Part shown: positions 12,983 to 25,500 of the stretch, in pieces | How positions within the stretch are numbered: the first letter of the stretch is position 1 | Layout of the letters: every line of letters begins with the position of its first letter | Assembly (NCBI GenBank): GCA_964187785.1 | Contig: OZ076409.1 | Location: 19,470,001 to 19,534,000 of the forward strand | DNA from: Amphiscolops sp. MND2022 | Taxonomy: Eukaryota | DNA: 64,000 nt | Reading direction: 5' to 3' | The notes under the pieces: generated by a model | Told to the model about the DNA's origin: nothing | The model's database searches: none | What the model saw: only the letters and a program-made list of their open reading frames with translations | Made by a program: the position numbers and the translations under genes

Positions 12983-13418
12983 CAGGGCTGTTTGAAAAAA
13001 AACATGAGGTGTTTAAAACACTGTTTTAAACAGTTGTTTTCTAAATAAAAAATACACATTTGTATATTTCTTGGGAGCCCAGTCATTTTGCGGAAAGTTT
13101 GACTAAGCACTTGTCCCCTGTACCGAAGACCTACTTACTCTCTGTCCGTCAAGTGCGGGATCGGAAAGAATTTTCAGTACCATGGGGTGGATCCACGATG
13201 ACTTGAGGAATTGAAACTATGGAAAAACTTACATTTTGCGCAGAAATTTTGAGAAAATAATTTTTGTTGCATAAGTTTGTTTTTGAAAAAAATACGTTTT
13301 CGTTACATAAGTTTGTTTTTGAAAAAATACATTTTTGTATTTAAAACAAGTGTATTTTTTAATAAGAAACGTTTAAAACGTTTTTATTTTTTGAAAAAGC
13401 GTTTTTTTTGCAGCCCTG
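12983..13418. mobile_element. hAT-type MITE
   Basis: TIR CAGGGCTG...CAGCCCTG; 8-bp TSD ACTAGAAC (12975-12982) / ACTTGAAC (13419-13426). Confidence 0.8.
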
Positions 13419-13644
13419 ACTTGAACCCATTCTAGGCGAAAGATAAATTGGCAATTAGGATGCTCTGAGGATAAATATCTATCTGAGAAGCCTTTCTTGC
13501 GTAGACAGTCTTCTCGACTCTGACAGAGCTTTTTGTCAGGCTGTAAGTTTGAGACTAAGGATAGCAGATAAGATAGCATTCGTTTCTTTTATGTCAATCA
13601 TACTTATTTTTGAAGCATAATTACATTGGTTAGTTTGTGATTTA

Positions 13645-15037
13645 GCAAGGAACCAACATCTGAGGAGGTCCCAGAAGCATCGTCATCTGTCACTCCTGTG
13701 GGCAACTCTAGTGGTGCCGGTGACGCTATCTACAAGAATTCGGATGCTTTTTTGGAGCTTGAAGCTTTTGTTTTGTTCGTATGTGCCATTGGGTTTGTTG
13801 ACAGACTAGCTATTCATTGTCGGAGCTATGAAAAATCGCCACTGAACGCGCCAAAAATCCAGAAACAAAATATCGATGAAGCAGGAGACAAAGTCTTGAA
13901 AACGGCCAAAAGAGTAACCACAGAATCGAAAAGTGTCGACTTCAATAGCTCGTCAATTCATCCTCTTTCCAATGAAATCAAAGTAGATACCAGAGATATT
14001 GGTAGTCAAAGCAGCTTGGAACACAGTTCATGTAGCTCTCAGACGGAAACGATTCATGTTGCCGATTCCCATTCCCAAACGACTATCAAAACCCTTGACG
14101 AATTGAAAAGGGCAAAAGAGGAACTGGCCCGGTTTCAAACTCTGGCGAATTCTCAAAATGACACTATCAATGTTTTACGGAAATGTCTTCTCGCCGATAC
14201 TAGTAATAAAGCACATGTAGTGGATGCAAATGAATGCAATGATACGCGAAATGAAACACGTAAATGTGCTCGACGTGGAGCTGCTCGTCTGATGAGAGTG
14301 AAACGAACCATCTGGAAAGCTGAGTCAGACGCCGAAGTTTTGTCAGCTCTTTTGCAGGATTGTAAAGTAGAAGCTAAGAGGCAACTGATTCTCAAAGCCC
14401 AACAGCAACACAACCTGTTTTTGTGCGACGTTCATTCCCAAGCTGATCGCCTTGTTGAAAGTCTGCGATTGGATGATAATGCATTAGAGGTAATTCATTT
14501 TCAGTTAATGAGAAAATGACATGTCAAAACGCTGATGAAACCATAACAATAGTGACCGAGATATTTTTTGCTCCAAATTTTCGTTGTATCTCCCGGAAAC
14601 TGATGTTCTAGAGCGTGACGGAACAATTGGATTCCGAACGAAATTTTCTGAGTTCTTGGCACTTATGTTCATCAGTGAGACTAAAATATATCAAACTTTA
14701 TCTTGTTGAACAATTCTGGTCTATTGGGTCACTACTTATTTATGCTTCTGTGGCTGAATTTGCATGATGTTTGATGTATTTAGGACTGTTATCCTTCTGA
14801 TCCCGTGGAAAGTTCATCCCCTGTTGTTTTGAGCGAATTGATCCAACAAATGGCCGCACTTGACAACACTCAAGAGGAAAATTCTCCTGGTGGCATCTCA
14901 GAAAATACTTCTTCTAGTGGCGATGAGTCATCTTCTGCTGAGGATGAACAGGAGTCGAAGCCTGTATCTTTTTCCATACCCCGTCCAAATAACCCCACTC
15001 GCAGAGGCCTAAATGTTTTCGACAGGTTCAACAGACG
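13645..15037 (+). other. Possible unrecognised gene or transposon-derived ORF: 273-aa ORF 13698-14519 plus candidate exon ~14783-15036
   Basis: Long open frame with coiled-coil-like composition; an acidic Ser-rich segment bounded by tttag| and |gtgagt. No family recognised. Confidence 0.35.
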
Positions 15038-16734
15038 TGAGTATGCTACAGTAATAATTTTCATTGTACTCTTTCTTTCATAAAGGTAACAAGGAACCGT
15101 GTGTACGTACGGAAACCACGAAGTTATATTATGCAGCAAGCGTTTGAGCCCACATAAAATCCGGAACCGATTTCGAGAAGGTTCCAATTATTTTGCGAGC
15201 TGAAGAGCCTCCTTGCAGTGTCAATGACGGTTTCATTATTCAGTAATCATTTGAATTCTAAAATGGGTATGTATCTTGAGTTTTCTTCATTTATATCAAC
15301 TTATTCAGAGTTGCTGATACCTTTTGGTTGAATCTAAAAAGGTAAAATTGTTTATGAGTAGTTTAGAGTAAAACTAGAAATCAGGAACTTGCTGTTTCTG
15401 TCAATAATGCTCAACATCAGAGCGAAAAGTAAATGATGAAAAAATGATATTTAAATGTTTTTTGAGATTTTTTCTTTGGATTGCTGGGTTCAAAGTTGGG
15501 CATTTAGATATCATGATATAGAAGCGATTCCCTGCGACAAAAATATGGTTTTCATCTTCACCCTCAGTGACGTATAACTTGCTATATTGTGACTTTTTCA
15601 AATCGAATTCAAATGAATAGTTCATCGAGTTCATGTTATTTGCTTCTGAATCAAACCTCGACACCCTTTTCCTTGTTCACTAAACAGTGGATACTTGAGA
15701 TCCTTTTATGTTTTGATTCTTTTTCACAGGGGATGAAGGAATAGATATAAATGCTTACAAACTGGGCAAAGACAAGTAGCAAAAGACGGATGCAAAGATT
15801 AACTTAGTCTCATTTCTAACGCTGGCAGTTAGACAAATGATGTGTATACTTGCTTATTCGTTCAAATTGTTCCTCTATCAAGTAGAAATTTAGTTCTATT
15901 AGCTTCTAGTGCTCTTAATGGTGCTACCATGTTGGGTTTCGTAACTTTTTTCTTTCTCTTGAATAAAAAGAATTAAAACTGATAACACTGAGTGTTTTAT
16001 ATTTAATAGCTGTTTATGCTTTGTACAATTTTACTGCTTTATCAGCCAATTGAAACTCGCCGATTTTCAAGTTATTTGACAATTTATCTACATTAAGGCG
16101 GTTTTTGCTATATCAATTTTGTAAAGCCAAGCATGTATCTCAGTTTTTCCACTGTTTTCCTTACTTTGACTGTAAAAATGCCATCAAAATACCATCTTTT
16201 CTGGCACTGGTGATATTATTTATTCAAGTGACTGAAGTGTCCAAAATTTGTTTGTCCAAAATAAGTTTCTTGGGATGTTTTTTGACTTTTCGTTTTTCTA
16301 CATGGCCGTCATGATTCTTAGGAGCCCTGATTCTTTTGATATTGGGTTGCAAGTAACCACCTCGAGCAAGGAGAAGACAGCAACTTTTTGTAGTTTCAGA
16401 TGCGGAATGTCAAAAAAGTTTTTTGGGTTGATCAACACGCCTAAAACTGCAACCAACGATGATAAACACTTCTTCAATGCAGAAAACAACACCCCGGTAT
16501 TCAATGTGCCTTCCGCCACCATCTTCAGCTTTCAGGGTTCTTCTGATGACGCTTTAGCAGGATCCAAGAATTCTCTAGACGATCTCAAAAGTTCAAGTAA
16601 GCATTGCGGTGGGCATTTCCGTCGCTGATAATAGCTATCAGGGCTGTCATATATAACTATTAGAACGTTTTTGACATTTTAACTTAAAAAGTAAAAATGT
16701 GTTAAAATCCAATTATAAAGTTCAATATCCAAAC

Positions 16735-17034
16735 AAATGAAGGGGGCACCCTTTGGTGCAATCAAAAAATTTTCCAAAAAAGTCTCAATCCCGAAAAAAA
16801 TATAATCGAAAAACACCAAGATAGCCAAAGGGTGGATCCTTGGTATGTTTTCGAGGTTCTGGACGTCGGTTTTGTTTTTGTTTTCATATTGGACGAGGTT
16901 CGAGTGTTTTGAACCTCCGTAGTGTTGTTGAACAAATGAACAATAAAGGGAACCTTACGCGTCTAAAAAAACTACCCACTGTAAGAGTACCTTTCTTCAG
17001 TCGGGCACTTTTCTTCAGAAGCGCCGACTAAAAA
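16735..17034 (-). mobile_element. Helentron-like family A, partial copy
   Basis: Ends in agtcgggcacttttcttcagaagcgccgactaaaaa. Confidence 0.7.
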
Positions 17035-17241
17035 TATGTGAGAAATAAGGTATCAAAAATATGTAAGAAGCAGTTGTTAATAACAGTTTGCTATTAACGT
17101 GACTCCTCGTTGAAGCTGATAATATGCTGATAATAAGCTGATAATCGTTGAAGCTGCCAAAAATATGTAAGAAGCAGTTGTTAATAACAGTTCGCTATTA
17201 ACGTGACTCCTCGTTAATAGCTATCCTCGTTGAAGTGATCT

Positions 17242-18595
17242 TTACACTTGCGATAAGCAAGTATTATGGGAAAGTGCGGGCGCTTTGTTTCCGCTCGACA
17301 ACTCTCTCGTTTCAGCCCGCAACTCGCACAGTTCAGGCGCTCGTGGTATAGTGGTAAGATGCTCACTTTTCAACCCGGAGGGTTCATGTTTGAACCGGTG
17401 CTTATGCGCTAATTTTTTTCAAGCATTCCGATGCAGAATGTTTCCACTTTTTTGGCTCTATGAGACTCCCCCCTTTTGCGCTTTGTGAGACTTTTTTCGA
17501 AAATTTTTTAATGTCCCCAAAGGGTCCTCCCTTCAATTTAATATTTCGCACCAGAGTGAATGTTAAAAAATCCCAAAAGGGTCCCTTCTTCCAGATTTTT
17601 TGGCACTATGAGACTATTCAAAATTCTCATTTGTTTTTTTTTTTCGAAAATTTTGTTTAGTCTTCAAAGAGTAAGATTTTTTATTTTTTGATATTTTGCA
17701 ACAAAATGGATGTTATAAAATCTCAAAGGGTCCCCCGTTTTACAGGTTTTGGCCTTGTGAGCATTTTCAAAATGAATAATTTTCGTCTTAAATTGGGTTT
17801 TCTCAAGCCCAGCTTGCTATATCCGATTTTTTTAAAGACCGGCGTTTTTTCTATGCGACTTTTTTCTAATTTGTTTTCGTCGAAGCCCCCCTCAATTTTT
17901 ACTAGAAACAAACTTTTTTGCGCGCATAAAGGACTCCTCAGGATTTTCGGGACTTGTGGCTTACCGGAGACCTTCATTTTCGTCAATTTCTTTATTTTTT
18001 GAAAGGGGTTCGGTTGAGAATGTGTTTTTTTCGCTGTTACCAGTTGGAGGGAAATGGTTTTCGAGTCATATACGTATCCCTTCGAGTATTTTTGGCACTG
18101 TAAAATTGATGAAACAATTTTGTCCTTTTACCCTTTGTTCTCCGTATGATACCGTCAAACCTCAACAACTTCAAACCTCAACAACTCCAACCTCAGAAGC
18201 GCGTCCAAAACGGAAAGAAAAAACAAAACAGACGTCCAGGACCTCGAAAACACACTACGGATCCCCTCATAGCCCTTTTTTTCGGCACTATGAGACATTT
18301 TGAAACTTTTTGGATTGCACCAAAGGGTCCCCCTTTATTTGGTTCGATATTTTGCAACACAGTGGATGTCAAAAAATCGCAAAGGGTCCCCCCTTTTACA
18401 TTTTTCGGCATCGGACACTGTTCAAAAATCTCATTTTAAAAAATTTTTTGGGAAATTTCATGTCCCCAAAGGGTCCCCCTTCAATTTTTTTTTCATTTTT
18501 TGCAACCAGCTGGAGTTTCACAAAGCCCGAAGGGTCCCCCCTTTTCAATTTTGAGCCTTAGATATGGCGCCGACTTTGGCCGTTCTCGGCTTGTT
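17242..18595 (+). mobile_element. Chimeric Helentron-like element: family B 5' end and tRNA-derived cassette, family A 3' end
   Basis: Starts ttACACTTGCgataagcaagt and ends gagccttagatatggcgccgactttggccgttctcggcttgtt. Confidence 0.7.
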
Positions 18596-18725
18596 TCTCT
18601 TGATCTCCGATGGATGATATCTGTTTTCAATTGTTTTGTTCCTTGTATCATGGTCTGGTATCAGATCTGGTAAATTATTTTAGCGTTTCCCGTCTTTATA
18701 GCTGTTTATTTTCCGGGTAGATGTG

Positions 18726-19296
18726 TTTTTAGTCGGCGCCTTTTCCCTTAAGGAAAAAAGCCCGACTATTACAGTGGGTAGTTTTTTAGTCGGCGCCTTT
18801 TCCCTTAAGGAAAAAAGCCCGACTTTTACAGTGAGTAGTTTTTTTTTGTTTTTTTTTCAGTTGACAATCTCACTCTGAGTGGTCCACTTTTCTTACAATT
18901 TTTGTTCATCTTTCATATTTGTTCATCTTCCATCTTCGACCCAGCCGGAGAGCGTGGGTTCGATTCTCGCATTAAACCATAAATTTTTTAATGCTTCCAA
19001 AAGTACAGGTGAGACCAAAGGGTCCCCCCTTTGGGTTTTTTTTCGGCACTATGCGACTTTTTTTCGAAAATTTTCGGATTCTATCAAAGGGTAACCCCTT
19101 GCATTTTTTTGAAGTTTTCGGTTTGTAAAAACGTTTAATGAGCCTGAATGGCCTCTTTTTGAGTTTTACGGCATTGTGCGACTTTCTAAAAAAATACTTT
19201 TTTCGAAAAAAAATTTTTCAAATGTTTCCAATAGTTGTTCTTTGAATATTTTTGAGCCTTAGATATGGCGCCGACTTGAGACGATCCCGTCTTGTT
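18726..19296 (+). mobile_element. Helentron-like family A with a duplicated 5' end
   Basis: The ~57-bp 5' hairpin unit is present twice (18726-18840); 3' end gcgccgacttgagacgatcccgtcttgtt. Confidence 0.75.
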
Positions 19297-19557
19297 TGAT
19301 AGATATTGTGGTCAATATTTGAGCCACCCAAATCAATAATACTGAATCGATGCCCGCATTGTACTTTTTCAGGAATTCGTGGGTCCCAACTGCAGTTGGA
19401 ACACTCGTCTGTTGTGAATTCCACTGTGGCTCGATAATGTCTTTTCAATGAATTTCAGTGCTTGCGATTTCAATATATTTTTCATGCTTCATCGATTTCT
19501 TGTGCAGACTTTGTCAATTCTTGAATGGCGGTCAAAAAAAGTGAGTCTTTGTTTCAG

Positions 19558-22500
19558 GTCTAGAAAAAAATTGCAGCAGTCGCAGAAATTCAGTATCAGA
19601 TAGTGAACAGTTAGATGAATATTACTCCTCCCCTCCTCTGAAACTTGCGGATCCCCAAGAGCACAGAGTAAAACGACGTCATCACTCGGGTGGGAGCCAT
19701 GCAAGCGACGTTTCACCTCGTACTATCCACCCCCTAGGCAGCGTTGCATCAGGGGGATCCCAGCTTTCTTCCTCCTTCCATGGAAGCAACTCACAGGATT
19801 CGCCATCATTGCTCATCAAATGTGAAGCGCTGCAACCGCCTCCACAGAAACCGTCTCCGAGTTCATCTATCTATGATTCTTCCATAACCAATCATAGCTC
19901 AGCTTCTTTGACCAGCGAAGTGGACCAAAATGTCACATGCGCCGCCGCTGCTGCTGCCGTTGTAGACTCGGACAGCCGTTGCTATAATGACAAAGGTGCT
20001 GCTCAGTATCAAATGGAGAAGAGTGAAAAGATGCCAAGTCTATTCGATGATAATGATGACGATGCTGCAAGTGTGGACTTCGATAATTGCATGGAAAGTG
20101 ACGTCACCGGAGCTATAGATACCAGCATACCCAACAATGTTCCAGCTAGGAAGAAGACTAGAGGACGGGTGAAAATCAACATTGAGTTGATTCAGGACAA
20201 GGAAAGACGATCAACCACTTTCAGCAAGCGCAAAAATGGAATACTGAAAAAGGTAATTGGTCCGCTTTTTTCGAAAATCCAGTTTTTAAAGGTAAATGTT
20301 GCGGTATTTCGTGGTTTTGCTCTTTGCCTGTTTCAATCTGCAATAGCATTGACATGAGTTTTGTCGGTATTTGTTGTATCCATATGGAGTCTGCTGCTCT
20401 AGACTATTCGGCGCTTTCTGTAAGAAGTCCTGCACGATTCTCATTGTGACTAAGTTTGTTTTCTTCAGATCATAGACTCACTTAAAGGCTCTGTGATTGG
20501 AAATGAATGCAGAGATTTATTACAAGATTTCCCTCAAGATCTTCTAAAATAATGCACTTTTCTGTACATCTTCCTCGGTGAAACATTAACTTGATAAATC
20601 TTACAGGGAAAACTTTTCTTGCAAGATTTTCCGAAAGAAAACCTTTCCTTGCAAAATTACCGAAAGATAAACTTATTCCAATGTGAGGTTTTCCCAAACA
20701 GAAGCTCATTTCCTTGAGGAAACCCGTGTTGGCAACCAATCGCAATCCGCAATTATAGAAACTTCCCGCAATACTTTGATAGAATAATCTAATTTTGGTT
20801 CATTTTCTATTACACTTTATAAGCCTTGCTGACAAAGCAAAACTGATAATTAAACTTTAAACCGAAGTGGCATCCGCAGCTTTCGCTGTAACCACCGGTG
20901 GAAAAATTTTGGGGCCACCTATAGTTCCACCGGTTGATCTCTGGTAATTTCGATCATGCCCTGAAAAGCACCATCGATCGTTATTCCCACTTCTATGATC
21001 TGCAATCTATGCAATTATCATCTGCAAATGGAAATTAGATATTGCAATCGGCCAAATTACGTGCTGCATCATGGAATTTAAACATTTCACATGTCCAGGA
21101 ATTAATATCAAAATCCACTTTAATTAAGATTTGGATAAACATCTAAACTATAATCTTGAAAGTACTAAGAATTCGATGCATAAGTTTTCTATCGTGTTCA
21201 ATCAAGAACCTCTTCTATTTTTTCTCGGAAAAACTCCCAATGATTTCAGTTGTGTGTATGAGCGCATTATCTTGTTGAAAACCGTTCCCGGAAAATGTTT
21301 TTTAGTCGGAGTTTTTGAAGAAAATGCACGACTCTTACAGTGGCTAGTTTTTTTTGTCAGTTCAACGCGATCGGTCCACTTTTTTGTTCATTTGTTCAAC
21401 ATCATCAACTTGAACTACGGATGTTCAAAACATACTGGAAACGTCAGAACCTCGTCCAAAACAAAAAAAAACAAAACCGACTCCCAGAACCTCGAAAACA
21501 TACTAAGGATCCCCCTTCGGCTATCTTGGTGTTTTTCACTTCATGGTGATTTTTTTGGGCACTATCAGACTTTCGAAAGTTTTTGGATTGCACCAAAGGG
21601 TCCCTTCATTTTTTGATATTTTGCAACAGAATGGATGTTAAATATAGCAAAGGGTCCCCCCTTTTACAATTTCGAGCCTTAGATATAGCGCCAACTTTGG
21701 CCGTTCCCGGCTTGTTTTACCATAACATAACGCTCCAGATTTTTTCGCGGCTGGACAACTGGTGCCGTTCAAGGTATTGGGGTATCTCACCAGCATATTT
21801 CGTCTATCGGTACGGATTGCGCCCCACATCAGAGATATCCGGTTTGTCGACCCACTGTTGACGTTTATTTGCGAATAAGGTGTATTTTAGCGAAGAACTC
21901 GAACCGTTACATCACTTGTAAGCTTCACTGGGGTGTCATCTGTAAACACCACGTTCTACCAAAATTCTGCGGGGTTTTTTCATCTTTTTTAAACCTTTTT
22001 TCGCGATTTTTGCTGACGTTTCTTTCGAGCTTTTTGTGGCTGAAATTTTGCTAAAGACACCATGTTTCTTGAATACTCTCCTGACAATTGTTTTTGAAAT
22101 CGATTCCTTGGTAGAGAATGAATAAAATTCGCGGCTTGTCCCGGGATCTTTTCACTGTCGTTCTTTAGTTCTCTCGGATAATTCCACTTTTGGTAAATAA
22201 CTTTGTTCTGGTGAAAACGTAGACCGACTGTGCTGTAGGCTTTGGCTTTTACACCTAGTTCACCCGCAATTTTAGAAGATTTGCGAAGCCTGTTTAGCGG
22301 AACAATTTGACAAGCTAAGAAAGATATAAAACTGCTGGCTGGCTTTTTGCCTAATAACGTAAAACGTAAAAAAACAAGTGAAATCTCACTTTAGCATAAA
22401 ACTTTTGTTTTTAAATGAAATTTTTCAGCTACCACAGCTTTATTCAACTTATCGAAATCATACTGTAATTTTGACTGACAGCATCCAAACTTTGGTCAAT

Positions 22501-25500
22501 AAGCTTGGTTATTTTGGATAAAAGTATGCTACTACTACTACTACTAAGCGTTTTAGACATGTAACACACTTTTTTTAATACTGGGAAAGCTCTCAACGAA
22601 CTGTTACCTAACAAGACGCCCGCTATGCACAGGGATATTTTCCGCCTTCAATTGGCTAACAATAGACATTTAATCGAAAATTTACTTCCTCCTTGGTAAA
22701 ACGCAATTTACTTCGGGTATAACGTCAAAATTCTGATATAACGCAATATTTTCGAACCTCCGCTACCTCCTCAGTAAAACACAATTTACTTCGGATATAA
22801 CGTTAAAAAATCGGATATAGCGTGCTGGGACAAATGAGAGCGCATTTTTTGAGTCTCCGTCTCCTCTTCAGTTAAACGCAGTATAGTTCGGATATAACGT
22901 CAAAAATTTTGGGGGCGAAAATAATAAATTTTTTGGGGCGGAAAATAAACACTCGTTCGCTTTGTCAATGAAAGCATCTTTTCTTGCTGCGGGAGAATTG
23001 GACTAGAGTCTATAACTTCGGTCGCGAAGAAAATGACGTTTCTATAATCATCCAGCTTGCGCATCTTTATTATCAAACAATGCAATCAGAACGGTGAAGC
23101 TCCTACAAAAAACAATCTCATTTCTTTCCAGAAAAAAATCGGACCATGGGGAAGTCTTGTTGGTTCTCTGTGCAATTTATACTACACCCATTGGAAAATT
23201 TAGAACAAATAATTTCAACGCAGTACAAGTGCTAATATTACACGTCTTGAGCGTTCGAAAACTATGGCCTCCACGGCCATAAATTGCCGAGGCTAGGGTT
23301 GAATGCACTGTAGAGTTGTCCATTGAACATAAAAATTCCTTTCGTTTTCCTAGACGCCAATGAGCAATTCCATTGCAACAGTCCTGAGTTGCCTACTGAT
23401 TACTGTGATTCTCTCGTCTCAAAGCCATTTCATGCGATCCCGCAAAGACTTCGCCACCCAGTTTTATCAGTACAATGTCCAAGGATTTCAAATCGGTACT
23501 ATATAGTCTCCACTCGCACATCTTTAGCTCACCAACAATCCCCAGAAACAAAATTAGCAACTCATTTGCTATAGACATGGATAATATCTTCCTAAAATCG
23601 CTCTCGCTAAAGCAGACAACTTCCTTCGTTCGATCTTACATATTCCTCCCGTAAGGCTATTTTTTCATGAGCAGGTTATTGTTTCCACTCTTGGTAGCGG
23701 GCATACCCTAGAACCTTTCGCCTTTTCATTCGGCCGAGCATAACCAGGATAGTACTTTTTATCAGTAGAGTCTGATACCCAGTGCATGAACCCCGTCCAT
23801 TGATTACCGAGAAGTTGACTTCCGTTGTGTGGCCAACCGAGTTCTCCATTATCCCAATTATAGTATAGATTCAAGACGCTTTTTGATCAAAATGGATTGT
23901 AATAGAAATTTTCTGCTTACAATGATGTAATAATTAGTTTTGATAATGCATTATGCGGCTAAGAACAAAACAGGTGTGTTAACAATGATGCGAACGATTT
24001 ATTTTTTTCCTTGGTTTTTAGCTTGGCAAAATTTTAGCATCCGAATGTTATGCGTTTCATTTTGAACAGTTCTTGAAATTCGAGGAAACTTCTGTGTTGC
24101 ATACAAAATTCAACAGATGCGTTTTGAAGTAATTTAACGGTTGACCGTGTGAATTTACTTGTTCCTAATATAATAATGCGCATAAATTTGCTCGTCTTTA
24201 ACGTCTTTACTATTGCACATGACGAAGTCAATGTGCATTGCAGTCCAGCTAAGTAAGTTTTTTTCCCACTATAGTCAACTTCATAATGAGCGCCTTTTAG
24301 AAAAAAGCCAAAACCCCAGAGAGATTCGAACCTGCAGCCTCCCGATTGCACGGCATAAGTGTTGACCACTGTGCCATAGGGGCGTTATTGAACAAAGTTG
24401 AACTGTTGAATATATACGCATGCGATTAAAATAATATATATATGTACGCATATTAAAATAATCGATGTCATCGTCATGTGTTGCGAAGCACCGCTTCGCC
24501 TCTGTGTTTAAAACTTTGAAACGACCCGCTCACTAGCCAACTCCCCCGGAGGTGTCATCAAAATGAAATGTTTTGAATCGTGTTGCTCCTGTGCATTTTT
24601 TTGTTCCAGGCGAATGAGCTGGCAATTCTCACTGGTGCTGAAGTGATGCTGCTAATCGCCAGTGAAACAGGCCATGTGTACTCTTACGCTACTGATAGGT
24701 TGAAACCCATAATACAAGGCTCCGAAGGCGAGCAATTGGTGTTGAGCTGTCTGAAACAACCTCAAGAAAACTCCAGAGGGGGCCCAGGCTCCAAGTCAAT
24801 CAAACTGGAAGTGGTGCCTTCTGAGAAGCCCATGACTATTACCCTAGATTCAGCAACCATGGTGAAATCTGGTTACAGCAACGTCCCTGCCTCTTTATCA
24901 CTATCTAAAGCGGTTAGTACACTCAAGCTACAACTTGTGGTGCTTTGGACTGAACTTTGACTACTCTGTCGTTTCTATCACAAATCAAAACCCCCCTACT
25001 GTCTGAGCGTAAAGCGACAATTCGTCCCATTTTGAAAAGGCGACAATTCGTCCCAATCTTAAAAGCTGCAATTTGTCCCCAATTTAATTGCCAATGAAGA
25101 CCTTTCTAATAATGAATCCCGAAAGACTACAATTAGAGGCAGGCACCAACGATTAATTTTAACGTTCTACGACTAGTACGTTAAATTGCAACATTTTCTA
25201 ATTGTTAAGTGCTTAAATGAATTCATTTGTAGTTGATTTGATTATGTCTTTCATTTCAACTTCAAAAGGTTTGTAATTAGCTGATCAATTAAACAATTTG
25301 GGACAAATTGTCGCTTTTTCAATATGGGACGAATTGACGCTTGGGACGAATTGTCGCTTTCTGGAATTTGGGACGAATTATCGCTTGGAACGAATTGTCG
25401 CCCAACTCTGTCTGAACCCAACTGCCTAAAATTGGCAACTCCCTACTATTAAATCTCCTAGACCTAAATCTCTTAGGTCAAAATCTCCTAAAATTAGAAT

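Noticed and set aside
17056..17235. ~60-bp local duplication
   Set aside because: Real, but looks like ordinary slippage or repair between two TE ends.
17285..18561. Many F/K/P/G-rich short ORFs, also at 32.3-33.6, 37-38, 41 and 58 kb
   Set aside because: They are translations of the low-complexity central repeats of Helentron-like elements, open in several frames, with no domain motifs.
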